DNA of 64,000 nt from an uncultured Chloroflexia bacterium (lineage in GTDB: Bacteria; Chloroflexota; Limnocylindria; Limnocylindrales; CSP1-4). The notes under the pieces are model-generated. The model was not told where the DNA came from. It saw only the letters and a list, made by a program, of their open reading frames with translations, and ran no database searches. Every line of letters begins with the position of its first letter. Position 1 is the first letter of the stretch. Made by a program: the position numbers and the translations under genes. The stretch covers positions 256,001 through 320,000 of the forward strand of contig CAVPPB010000003.1 of NCBI GenBank assembly GCA_963707215.1, read 5' to 3'. Positions 37,960-47,380 of the stretch are shown piece after piece.

Positions 37960-39203
37960 AGGACGAGGGTCTCGGCGAGCGGACGGGTCGGGAGGACGGT
38001 CACCGACCGCAGCTCGTACTCGGCCAGGGCGTGGCGCAGGGCGCGGCCCCGCTGGGCCATGGACTCGGCATCCTCGGGCGCCAGCGGCAGGGCGCCCTCC
38101 AGCCCTGCCACGACGGCATGCCGAGCGTAGGCCAGGGGATCGACGTGGACGACGACGCAGCCGACGCCCCGGCCCCGCAGGGTCGCCAGCGGCCGGATCC
38201 AGTCGGTCTCGAGCGATGGGGTCACGACGACCGCGGTCATCCCCCGGCGGACCCGCCCGAGGCCGGTGAGCAAAGCCTCGACGAACGGCGTCTGGCCGTC
38301 GGGCTGGACCGCCGCCAGCAGCTGCATGACCTTCAGGTGCTGCCGGGCGCCCCGGTCGGACGGCAGGACGGCGGCCCGGTGGGCGTTGATCGTCAGGCCC
38401 ACGGCCCGGTTCTCGACGATCGCCCGGTCGGCCACCGAGGCTGCGACCCGGATGGCCGCCTCGGCGGTGGACTCGTCACCCACTCCGTCCTGGACCGCGC
38501 CCTCGAGGTCGAGGAAGAGCCAGGCGTCGGCCGTCTGCTCCAGGTCGAACTCCTTGACCTGGATCTCGCCGAAGCGGGCGGTCGTCTTCCAGTGGATCCG
38601 GTTCATCCCGTCGCCCGGCGCCCAGGGCCGGACCGTCGTCGCGAGAGGCGTGGTCTGGAGCGTCCGGACCGGCATGGCATGGCTGCCCTCGAGGTCGGCG
38701 GCCGGGAGGCGCCAGTGGGGCAGTCGCTCGATCCGCGGGTAGACGACCACCGAGACGCCCTGGCCGACCGAGGCGACCGACTCGAACAGGCCGAACGGGT
38801 CGCCGGTCCGGATCGTCAGCGGCTCGATCCGGTAGTGGCCTCGGCGGGTCAGGGGAGCCCGAACGAGCCAGGACCGCTCGGCCTTCGGCCCGAGGGCGAT
38901 GGCGCGTCCGGGCAGGCCCCCCGGCAGCGAGGTCGGGTTGTGGATCTCCAGCCACGGCTTCGGGATGGGGCCGGCGTTCCGCAGGGTGTAGGTCAGACGG
39001 AGCTGCTCGCCGACGTGGGCGTGCAGCTGGCTGACCGCATAACCGGCCTCCAGGTCGGAGAGGCCCAGGCGGGTGACGACATAGCTGCCCCCGACGACGA
39101 GGATGGCCAGGTAGAGGAGGTAGAAGAGGAACTCCAGGCCGGTCGAGAAGGCGGCCACGACCAGGATCGCGCCGAGCAGCAGGAATGGGATCCGACGCAG
39201 CAT
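37956..39203 (-). CDS. DUF58 domain protein
   Basis: RRGHY, DPFGL, VRPWAPGD...RIHWKTTAR, VKEF motifs; MoxR operon context. Confidence 0.88.
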   Translation of the reverse strand: MLRRIPFLLLGAILVVAAFSTGLEFLFYLLYLAILVVGGSYVVTRLGLSDLEAGYAVSQLHAHVGEQLRLTYTLRNAGPIPKPWLEIHNPTSLPGGLPGRAIALGPKAERSWLVRAPLTRRGHYRIEPLTIRTGDPFGLFESVASVGQGVSVVVYPRIERLPHWRLPAADLEGSHAMPVRTLQTTPLATTVRPWAPGDGMNRIHWKTTARFGEIQVKEFDLEQTADAWLFLDLEGAVQDGVGDESTAEAAIRVAASVADRAIVENRAVGLTINAHRAAVLPSDRGARQHLKVMQLLAAVQPDGQTPFVEALLTGLGRVRRGMTAVVVTPSLETDWIRPLATLRGRGVGCVVVHVDPLAYARHAVVAGLEGALPLAPEDAESMAQRGRALRHALAEYELRSVTVLPTRPLAETLVL

Positions 39204-39236
39204 CCTAGCGCTCCGACGTCCGACCGGCCCCCCTCG

Positions 39237-40220
39237 TCACGACGCCGGATGGAGGTCGCGCGGGCCGGTCCCGGCCGGGGCCTTGACCGCCTCGACCGAT
39301 GTCGTCGCCACGAGCTCCCGGACGACCGCGCCGGGGGTCACGTCGTGGATCGTGGACGCGGTCTTGATGATCAGGCGGTGGGCCAGCGCCGGCTCGGCCA
39401 GCGTCTTGACGTCGTCCGGGATGACGTAGTCGCGGCCCAGCAGCCCGGCCAGGGCCTGGCCGGCCCGGTAGAGCGCGATCGAACCCCGCGGCGATGCGCC
39501 GAGGTAGACGTCGGGGTGGCTCCGGGTGGCGTTGACGAGCCGGACGATGTACTCGCTGACCGACGAGTCGACGTAGATCTCGCGGACCGCCGCCTGCATC
39601 TCCCGCAGCTCTTCGACCCCGAGGACCTCCGCGAGGGTCTCCAGTGGGTGCGCCCGCTTCTGCTCGTCGAGAATGACGATCTCCTCGATCGGCTGGGGAT
39701 AGCCCAGGCGCAGCCGGAGGAAGAACCGGTCCAGCTGGGCCTCGGGCAGGGCGAAGGTGCCCTCGTACTCGATGGGGTTCTGGGTGGCGATGACCAGGAA
39801 CGGGTCCGGCATCTGGTAGGTCACCCCGTCGATCGTCGCCTGGCGTTCCTCCATGCACTCGAGGAGCGCCGACTGCGTCTTGGGCGTCGCCCGGTTGATC
39901 TCGTCGGCAAGGACGACCTGGGCCATGATCGGCCCGGGCCGGAACTCGAACTCCTGGGTCTTCTGATTGAAGATCGAGAGCCCGGTGACGTCGGACGGCA
40001 GGAGGTCGGGGGTGAACTGGATCCGCCGGAAGGAGCAGCCCAGGCTCCGGGCGATGGCCTTGGCCAGCATCGTCTTGCCGGTCCCGGGCACGTCCTCGAT
40101 GAGGAGATGCCCGCGGCAGAGCAGGGCCACGAGGGCCAGCCGGACCTCCTCGTGCTTGCCGACGATGACTCGTTCGACGTTCGCGACGACCCGGTCGCCG
40201 GCTTGCTGGATCTTGGTCAT
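39237..40220 (-). CDS. moxR: MoxR family AAA+ ATPase
   Basis: [57 protein letters not shown]. Confidence 0.93.
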   Translation of the reverse strand: MTKIQQAGDRVVANVERVIVGKHEEVRLALVALLCRGHLLIEDVPGTGKTMLAKAIARSLGCSFRRIQFTPDLLPSDVTGLSIFNQKTQEFEFRPGPIMAQVVLADEINRATPKTQSALLECMEERQATIDGVTYQMPDPFLVIATQNPIEYEGTFALPEAQLDRFFLRLRLGYPQPIEEIVILDEQKRAHPLETLAEVLGVEELREMQAAVREIYVDSSVSEYIVRLVNATRSHPDVYLGASPRGSIALYRAGQALAGLLGRDYVIPDDVKTLAEPALAHRLIIKTASTIHDVTPGAVVRELVATTSVEAVKAPAGTGPRDLHPAS

Positions 40221-40450
40221 CGAGCCCCCTCACGGGACGACCTACCGATCGGCAGGTCGTCGGGAAGGGACGCCGACGGGCCCGGGACGGCCGCAGGCGT
40301 CCGGTGGTCTTTGGGGATAGTACGCCCGCGCTGCAATTCTGGTTCGCGAAGACATCGGCGCCGGCCCGGCTCGTTCCCGCGGCCCGGCCCGCCGCGTACC
40401 ATCCCACTCGGGGACCGATCGGGTCGCCCCGAGACCGTGACGGGAGCGCC

Positions 40451-42526
40451 ATGCCACAGCAGGTCAGGACCGGCAGGACGCCGTCGGCCGATCCCGCCTG
40501 GCTGCCCACCGTCGTCCGCCTGGGTCGCGGCGTGACCGACGACCTCGCGGCGGCGACGCGCCGCGAGTGGCTGCTGACGAACGGTCTCGGCGGATACGCC
40601 ATGGGGACCCTGGCCGGACACCCGAGCCGGCGCTATCACGGCTGGCTCGTGGCGGCCCTCGATCCCCCGGTGGGCCGGACGGTCCTCGTCGGCGGGCTGG
40701 AGACCTGGGTGTCGGTCGCCGGGCGACGCGTCGCGCTCCACGCCCTTGCGACGAGGTCGTCGCGTCCGCGACCCGCCGCGTGGACCCACCTCGGGCGCTT
40801 CGAGCTGGCAGGGACGGTCGCGACCTGGCGCTACGAGGTCGGTGACGTCGTCGTCATCCGGGAGGCCTGGATGGCCCACGGGGCGAACACGACCTACGTC
40901 CGCCTGAGGATCGCCGGGGCGCCGCGGACCGTCGGCCTGGAGCTCCGTCCGCTGGTCACCTGGCGCGACCACCACGCCGCGCCCGATGCAGCCGCCCTGG
41001 GCGATCCCCAGGTGACGACCACCAGGGTCGGAAGGGGGTGGCCCGCCGGGCTGCGGATCGAGCCTCCCGACGGCTCGCCCCTCATCCGGGTGCTGGCCGA
41101 CGAGGGCGACGCCACGGCGGACCCGACCTGGATCCACGATATCCGGCTGCCGGAGGAGACCGCCCGCGGCGAGGCGGACCGGACCGCCCTCTGTCGGGCG
41201 GGCAGCCTCCGCCTCGAGCTCCGGACCGGTCGGTCGGTGACCCTCGCCCTCACGGCCGAGCCCGAGGACGTCCAACCGGGGGCGGGCGACGCCGCCCTGG
41301 CGGCCGAGCGGCGACGGGCCGCCGGGCTGCTGGCCCGGGCCGGGGTGGGTCCCGACGACGACCCGCTGATCCCCGCGCTCGTCCTCGGTGCCGACGCGTT
41401 CCTGGTCGGCCGGACGATCCCGGCCCGGCGCACCGATGAGTCCCCCATCGCCGGGCGGACGGTCATCGCCGGCTATCCGTGGTTCAACGACTGGGGCCGC
41501 GACACGATGATCGCCCTGCCCGGGCTGTGCCTGTCCACCGGCCGGGCCGACGAGGCGGCCACGATCCTCCGCTCGTTCGCCCGGTTCGTCGCCGACGGCC
41601 TCATCCCCAACGACTTCCCCGACGCCACCGGGGTCGAGCCGATGTACAACACGGCGGATGCCTCGCTGTGGTTCGTGGCGACCCTCGGGGCAGTAGCCCG
41701 GGCGACGGACGACGCGAGACTGCTCGAGGAGCTGCTGCCAGCGGCGACCGCGATCCTGGATGCGCACCTGCGGGGGACCCGCTTCGGGATCGGGATCGAC
41801 CCGGACGACGGGCTCCTCCGGGCAGCCGCACCCGGGTGCCAGCTGACGTGGATGGACGCCAAGGTCGACGGTTGGGTCGTCACCCCGCGCCAGGGCAAGC
41901 CGGTCGAGCTCCAGGCCCTCTGGTACGAGGCCCTGCGGGTCGTGTCCGAGGCCCTCGCCAGCCGTGATCCGGCGGTGGCCGCCCGGTTCGACGCGGCAGC
42001 CGAGCGGGCTCGGGCCGCCTTACTCCGGCGCTTCTGGGACCCTGGACGCGGCTATCTCCTCGACGTCGTCGACGGCCCGGAGGGCGACGACCCCGCCCTC
42101 CGCCCGAACCAGCTGCTGGCCCTTTCGCTGCCGCACCCCCTCGTCACCGGGGCGCCGGCCGAGGCCGTCCTCGAGCGCTGCGGGGCGACCCTCGTCACGA
42201 GCCTCGGCCTTCGTTCGCTGGCGCCCGATGACCCCGCCTACATCGGACGCCACCGCGGCGACCGACGGAGTCGCGACGCTGCCTACCACCAGGGCACCGC
42301 CTGGTCGTGGTTCGTCGGCCCCTACCTCGACGCCGTGCTCGCCGTCCGGGGCGATGCCGCAGCCGTGCGAGCCGCCCTGGAGCCGTTCCGGGACCACCTG
42401 ACAGATGCGGGGCTCGGGTCGATCTCCGAGACCTTCGACGGCGATGCGCCCCACCGGCCGACCGGCTGCATCGCCCAGGCCTGGGGCGTGGCCGAGGTCC
42501 TGCGCGTGGCTCGCCGCGTCCTCTGA
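40451..42526 (+). CDS. Amylo-alpha-1,6-glucosidase / glycogen debranching enzyme
   Basis: REWLLTNGLGGYA, IAGYPWFNDWGRDTMI, LTWMDAK, RPNQ, YHQGT, GCIAQAW. Confidence 0.9.
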   Translation: MPQQVRTGRTPSADPAWLPTVVRLGRGVTDDLAAATRREWLLTNGLGGYAMGTLAGHPSRRYHGWLVAALDPPVGRTVLVGGLETWVSVAGRRVALHALATRSSRPRPAAWTHLGRFELAGTVATWRYEVGDVVVIREAWMAHGANTTYVRLRIAGAPRTVGLELRPLVTWRDHHAAPDAAALGDPQVTTTRVGRGWPAGLRIEPPDGSPLIRVLADEGDATADPTWIHDIRLPEETARGEADRTALCRAGSLRLELRTGRSVTLALTAEPEDVQPGAGDAALAAERRRAAGLLARAGVGPDDDPLIPALVLGADAFLVGRTIPARRTDESPIAGRTVIAGYPWFNDWGRDTMIALPGLCLSTGRADEAATILRSFARFVADGLIPNDFPDATGVEPMYNTADASLWFVATLGAVARATDDARLLEELLPAATAILDAHLRGTRFGIGIDPDDGLLRAAAPGCQLTWMDAKVDGWVVTPRQGKPVELQALWYEALRVVSEALASRDPAVAARFDAAAERARAALLRRFWDPGRGYLLDVVDGPEGDDPALRPNQLLALSLPHPLVTGAPAEAVLERCGATLVTSLGLRSLAPDDPAYIGRHRGDRRSRDAAYHQGTAWSWFVGPYLDAVLAVRGDAAAVRAALEPFRDHLTDAGLGSISETFDGDAPHRPTGCIAQAWGVAEVLRVARRVL

Positions 42527-42540
42527 GGTCCCGGCCCGGC

Positions 42541-42849
42541 TCAGCCGCGGAGGACCGTGATCGCGCCGACCCAGATCGTCATCAGGCAACCGATGCCGGC
42601 CATGACCGCCAGGAACAGCTCGCCACCGACGAAGGCGGCCAGGGCGACCACCCCGAAGAGGACCGCCATCAGGGCAGCGATCGCCGCCATGCCCAGGCGC
42701 TCGATGAGCGGCCGCCGCTCGGGCGGCGGAGCGGACGGGGCCGGGTCGCTCACGGGGTCGTCCGCCGGGCGGACTGCGCCAGGATGCCGGTCAAGGGAAG
42801 GGCGGTCGTCGGGTCGGTACTCATCGCCCGACGATATCGAAGTAGGCAT
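42541..42849 (-). CDS. Small hypothetical two-TM protein
   Basis: Hydrophobic C-terminal half; the start may be the GTG at 42753. Confidence 0.6.
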   Translation of the reverse strand: MPTSISSGDEYRPDDRPSLDRHPGAVRPADDPVSDPAPSAPPPERRPLIERLGMAAIAALMAVLFGVVALAAFVGGELFLAVMAGIGCLMTIWVGAITVLRG

Positions 42850-44332
42850 CCATCATGCGACCGGCGACGGGTGCGGCCCGCTCCCCTCCCCGCCCGCCGC
42901 GCTCCACGAGGACGGCGACGGCGATCGTCGGGTCGTCCGCTGGGGCGAAGCCGATGAACCAGGAGTGGGGCTCGCCGCCCCCGCCGAGCTCGGCCGTGCC
43001 CGACTTGCCGGCCGTGAGGACGCCGGGCACCTTCGCCCCGCTCGTGTACTGGCGACCCAGGTCGCCCTCCACCGCCGCCGTCATGGCCTCGACGAGGATC
43101 GCCGCACCGGCCGGGTCGAGGACCTGGCCGAGATTCGTCGGACCCAGCGTCGTCGTCCCGCCACCCGGGTCCACGAGGGCGGAGGCCAGGCGCGGCTCCA
43201 TCAGGACGCCACCGTTGGCGACCGTGGCCGCCACCAGCGCCATCTGGAGGGGCGTGGCCAGCGTCTCGGCCTGGCCGTAGGAGGCGTTCGCCAGCTCCAC
43301 GTCGTCGGCGAACCCGCCCGGCAGCGGTCCGCCCCCGTTGGTGACCTGGCTGGTCGCCGTCGGAAGGTCGAACGACAGGGGCGATCCGAAGCCGAAGGCG
43401 GCGGCCCCGTCGGCCAGCGCGCCGCCGCCGGTGTCGAGGCCGGCCAGGGCGTACCAGATGTTGCAGGAGACCTCGGTCGCCTCGACGAGGTCGACCTCCC
43501 GGCTGCCCGTCGCCGGATGATGCCCGTCGGTGATCCGGAACCCCTCGACGACGAGACCGTCCTTCTCGGCCGGCGGCTGCTCCGGATAGCGAGTGTCCCG
43601 GCCGATCGCGCCGGTCCGGAGGCCGGACGCCGCGGTCACGATCTTGAAGACGCTGCCGGGAACGTACAGGCCCTGGGTGGCCCGCGGGAGGAGCGGCTGG
43701 GCGGGGTCGGCCTGGAGGGCGGTGAAGGCGGACTCGGAGGTGGCCGGGTCGGCGACGGCCGAGGCGTCGTAGACCGGGGTCGAGGCGAGGACCAGGACCT
43801 CGCCGTTGCGGGGATCGAGCATGACCACAGCGCCTCGGTCACCCCCGAGCTCGGCGATCGCGAGACGCTGGAGCTCTAGGCTCAACGAGGTCTGCAGGTC
43901 GCGAGGATCGTACGGGTCGGGGTCGAACTTGGACAGCAGGTCGGTCCGGGCGTCACCGGTCCGAAGGCCGACCAGGTAGGCATCGTAGGTCCGCTCCAGC
44001 CCGGCGGTCCCGTAGCGCCGGGACGCGTAGCCCACGGCCTGGCTCACGGACTCGTCGACGTACACCCGGTACGGGAGATCGTCGGCATCGAAGCGATTCT
44101 CGGCGAGGACGACCCCGTCGCGATCGAGGATGAGGCCGCGGACAGCCTCGCGTCGAAGCACGGCCGTCGCCGGGTTGTCGGGGCGGGTGACGAGCTCCTC
44201 GCTGCGGACCACCTGCCAGTACCCGGCGGCACCCGCCAGGGCGGCGAAGGCGAGGGCCAGGGCAAGGCCGACCCGGACCGTCGTGCGCCCCACCGGCGGG
44301 CGACGGGTCGTGGACCGACCGGATCCGCTCAT
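42821..44332 (-). CDS. pbpA: Class B penicillin-binding protein (PbpA-like)
   Basis: C-terminal part of the 1007-aa ORF from MSGSGRS. One TM helix; PGSVFK (SxxK), SCN (SxN), AGKSGTAE (KSG). Confidence 0.9.
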   Translation of the reverse strand: MSGSGRSTTRRPPVGRTTVRVGLALALAFAALAGAAGYWQVVRSEELVTRPDNPATAVLRREAVRGLILDRDGVVLAENRFDADDLPYRVYVDESVSQAVGYASRRYGTAGLERTYDAYLVGLRTGDARTDLLSKFDPDPYDPRDLQTSLSLELQRLAIAELGGDRGAVVMLDPRNGEVLVLASTPVYDASAVADPATSESAFTALQADPAQPLLPRATQGLYVPGSVFKIVTAASGLRTGAIGRDTRYPEQPPAEKDGLVVEGFRITDGHHPATGSREVDLVEATEVSCNIWYALAGLDTGGGALADGAAAFGFGSPLSFDLPTATSQVTNGGGPLPGGFADDVELANASYGQAETLATPLQMALVAATVANGGVLMEPRLASALVDPGGGTTTLGPTNLGQVLDPAGAAILVEAMTAAVEGDLGRQYTSGAKVPGVLTAGKSGTAELGGGGEPHSWFIGFAPADDPTIAVAVLVERGGRGGERAAPVAGRMMDAYFDIVGR

Positions 44333-45780
44333 GGCGCCTTCCCGACCGTCGAGGCCCGGCGTGCCGCGGCGCCACGCAGCCGACGTGGTCGTTTGGGGAT
44401 GGGCGGCGGGTCGACGCCGGGGTCGCTGATGGCGAGGAGCAGGCCGACGATCAGGGCGTTCGCCAGGAGCGAGGAGCCGCCGTAGCTGATGAACGGCACG
44501 GTGATGCCCGTCAGCGGGATCAGCTTCAGGTTGCCGGCCGCGATGATGAACGCCTGCACCCCGATCACGAGGGCCAGGCCGGCCGCCAGGATGGCCCGGA
44601 ACTCGTCGGCGGCCGAGGCCGCGATGCGCAGGCCCCGCTCGATGATGACGAGGTAGACGCCGAGGATCGCCAGCAGCCCGACGAGCCCCAGCTCCTCGCC
44701 GAGGGCCGCCAGCGGGAAGTCGGTATGGATGGCCGGGATGGGCGGTCGCCCACCGATCTCGGGCAGCCCGGCGCCGAGGCCGGTCCCGATGAGGCCGCCG
44801 CGGGCGAAGGCGATGAGGGCCTGGACGACCTGGTAGCCCGTGCCCAGCGGATCCGCCCAGGGGTCGAGCCAGATGTCGACCCGGACCCGGACGTGGGCGA
44901 ACAGGGTGTACGAGATGAAGGCGCCCAGGGCGAACAGGGCGAGGCCCACGATGACGTAGCTCCAGCGTGCGGTGGCCACGTAGAGGAGGGTCAGGAAGAC
45001 GGCGAAGAAGAGCATCGCCGCGCCGAGGTCCCGCTGGACGACGACGATCGACAGGGCGATCGCCCACATGGCGACCATCGGGGCGAGGTACGGCAGGGGC
45101 GGCAGGCGGATGGGCCCGATCCGCAGGTCCGACTCGGCGAGGAGCGGCCGGTTCTCGGACAGGTAGCCGGCCAGGAAGACGACGAGCAGCACCTTGAGGA
45201 GCTCGGTCGGCTGGCCGGAGATCGGGCCGATCGTCAGGGTCAGGCGGGCCCCGTTCACCTCCTCGCCGAAGATGAAGGTCAGGAGCAGCAGGGCGATCCC
45301 GAGGGCGGCCCAGCTGTAGCGGTAGAGCCGCAGCCAGGCATCGGATCGGACGACGACCGCCAGGGTCCCGAGCACGCCGACCGCGATCAGCCACCACAGG
45401 AGCTGGGTCTGGCTGAGCCCCCCGTAGATCCCCGCCAGGTCCTGCGGCAGGCGTTCCATGAGCAGCAGGCCGATGCCGCCGAGCAGGGCGACCGCCGGGA
45501 GGAGGACCTGGTCGACCCGCCGGGCCGTCAGGACCATCGCCAGGTGGACCACGAGGAAGGCCCCCAGGAAGACCGCCATCTGGGCCGCATCGGCCAGGCG
45601 GACCTCGGGCGGGACCCCGTCGGGACCCCGGGAGCCGAGCCACGCCTCGGTCGAGCCGAGCGACAGGCTGCCGACGAGGAGCGCGGCCGCGACGAGGACG
45701 AGGAGGCCGAGCTCGCGCCAGCGCGGCCTTGGGCGGACGGCGCCGAGCCCGACCGGACGGGCGACGGCGGAGACGCTCAC
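44329..45780 (-). CDS. rodA: SEDS family protein RodA/FtsW
   Basis: NGARL, QPTELLK, QRDLG, GYQV.Q, HTDF, TGITVPFISYGGSS. Confidence 0.92.
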   Translation of the reverse strand: MSVSAVARPVGLGAVRPRPRWRELGLLVLVAAALLVGSLSLGSTEAWLGSRGPDGVPPEVRLADAAQMAVFLGAFLVVHLAMVLTARRVDQVLLPAVALLGGIGLLLMERLPQDLAGIYGGLSQTQLLWWLIAVGVLGTLAVVVRSDAWLRLYRYSWAALGIALLLLTFIFGEEVNGARLTLTIGPISGQPTELLKVLLVVFLAGYLSENRPLLAESDLRIGPIRLPPLPYLAPMVAMWAIALSIVVVQRDLGAAMLFFAVFLTLLYVATARWSYVIVGLALFALGAFISYTLFAHVRVRVDIWLDPWADPLGTGYQVVQALIAFARGGLIGTGLGAGLPEIGGRPPIPAIHTDFPLAALGEELGLVGLLAILGVYLVIIERGLRIAASAADEFRAILAAGLALVIGVQAFIIAAGNLKLIPLTGITVPFISYGGSSLLANALIVGLLLAISDPGVDPPPIPKRPRRLRGAAARRASTVGKAP

Positions 45781-46229
45781 CCGCGTGACTCGGGGCGCCG
45801 CCCGCGATCGAGCCGGAACTGGGTCTCGCCGACGACGACCGCATCGCCGAAGCCGAGCAGGGTCGGTTCCACGACCCGGAGACCGTTGACGTACGTCCCG
45901 TTGGTGCTGCCGAGATCCTCGACGTACCAGGCGCGCCCGCGGTATGTCAGCGCGGCGTGGACGCCCGAGACGAAGGCATCGTCGACCACGATGGAGTTGT
46001 TGACGTCGCGGCCGATCGTCGTCACCGCATCGAGGACGAAGACGGTGCCGGGCGCGGGGTCCCCCGACGGGCAGCGGACGACCACCAGGCGCCCGAGCTC
46101 GGCGGACGACTGGCGGGCGGCGGATCGCAGGTCGCGCAGGAGGACCCGCACGACGGCGAAGAGGACCAGGTACAGGAGACCGAGGAAGGCCAGCCTGAGG
46201 ATCCAGAGGGCGAGGAAGAACGGGTCCAT
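45777..46229 (-). CDS. fhaB: Membrane-anchored FHA domain protein (FhaB-like)
   Basis: N-terminal TM helix; IGR, VSGVHA, DLGSTNGT. Confidence 0.88.
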   Translation of the reverse strand: MDPFFLALWILRLAFLGLLYLVLFAVVRVLLRDLRSAARQSSAELGRLVVVRCPSGDPAPGTVFVLDAVTTIGRDVNNSIVVDDAFVSGVHAALTYRGRAWYVEDLGSTNGTYVNGLRVVEPTLLGFGDAVVVGETQFRLDRGRRPESRG

Positions 46230-47083
46230 CAGGTTCCCGGGGACTCGATGACCAGGCGGGTCTCCCCGACCCGGATCTCGTCTCCGAAGCCGACGGCGAT
46301 CTCCCCCACTCGCTCGCCGTTCACCGAGGTGCCGTTGCGGCTGTCGAGGTCCTCGAGCACCAGGAGGCCCTGGCGGGCGACCAGGCGAGCGTGGTAGCGC
46401 GATGCCGCAGGATCGCCCAGCACGAGCTCGTTGTCGGGGGCTCGGCCGATCGTAAGCCCGCCACCTCCGACGACGATCTGCCGGTCGGCGCCGGTCGGCT
46501 CGAGCACGCGGACGCGTGCCAGCAGCCCCGACGGCTCGGGGGGCCTGTATGCCCCGACCTGACCGTCGCTCGGCGACCCGGCGCCAGCGTCGATCCGCGT
46601 CGCCCCGGCCGCCCCGTTGGAACCGCCCCCGGAACCCGCGGGGTCCTCACGTCGCGCCGGCTCGATCCCGGCCGATCGCAGCAGCCGGGCTTCGGCGCCG
46701 GTCGCGCCGGGCTCGTGGCGGCCGAAGCGAGCCTCCACCCTGGGATCACCACGGTCCACCTGGTCGTCGGCGATCAGGTCGACCCGAGGGCGCTCGCGCA
46801 GCGTGTAGCCGTGGGCGCGGGCGAAGCGCAGGGCGGCATCGGCAAGCTCCTCGGCCATGTCACGGGCGTACCCACCGAAGGCATCCAGGTCTGCCGGTGA
46901 CAGGTGGACAACGAAGCGGTCGGGCACGAGAGTCCGATCCGCAGCGCTCACCCGCCCGTGCTCCATGGAGCGCTCGATCCGCCGCTGCAGCTGGATCGGC
47001 TGGAGGGGAGCGCGGAAGAGCCTCGCGGAAGGTCGCTCGAAGAGGCGTTCCAGGAACCGCTCCAGGGCGGCGAACGGTCGCAT
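46229..47083 (-). CDS. fhaA: DUF3662 plus FHA domain protein (FhaA-like)
   Basis: LERFLERLFE...LQPIQL...VPDRF N-terminal domain; IGR, SRYHA, DLDSRNGT FHA domain; start at the ATG 47083. Confidence 0.88.
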   Translation of the reverse strand: MRPFAALERFLERLFERPSARLFRAPLQPIQLQRRIERSMEHGRVSAADRTLVPDRFVVHLSPADLDAFGGYARDMAEELADAALRFARAHGYTLRERPRVDLIADDQVDRGDPRVEARFGRHEPGATGAEARLLRSAGIEPARREDPAGSGGGSNGAAGATRIDAGAGSPSDGQVGAYRPPEPSGLLARVRVLEPTGADRQIVVGGGGLTIGRAPDNELVLGDPAASRYHARLVARQGLLVLEDLDSRNGTSVNGERVGEIAVGFGDEIRVGETRLVIESPGT

Positions 47084-47380
47084 CGGTGAGGCGAGCCTAG
47101 CAGAGGTCCCCGGCAGCCCGGGTCCGGCGGGCCGGCGACGACCACCGACGCCGAGCGGCTGGGGCGAGACGGCTGGGCCGCAGGGAGTGCTCCGGGGTCG
47201 GCGCCGGGCGGGCCGGCTGGTCATCGGTCGCATGGACGGCGGGGCATCCCGGAAGGTGACGATGACCTTCGGGTGGGCATCCGCGGTACCTGCGATCCGA
47301 GGCCACTCGGGGGCCCTGGGCTATACTCTCGACCCGCTCGGGGGCACGCTCTCGGGCGAACCAGGCGAACCAGGGATCCC

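Noticed and set aside
42821-45844. 1007-aa ORF as a possible RodA-PBP fusion
   Set aside because: Its N-terminal half is an off-frame read of rodA; pbpA starts separately at 44332.
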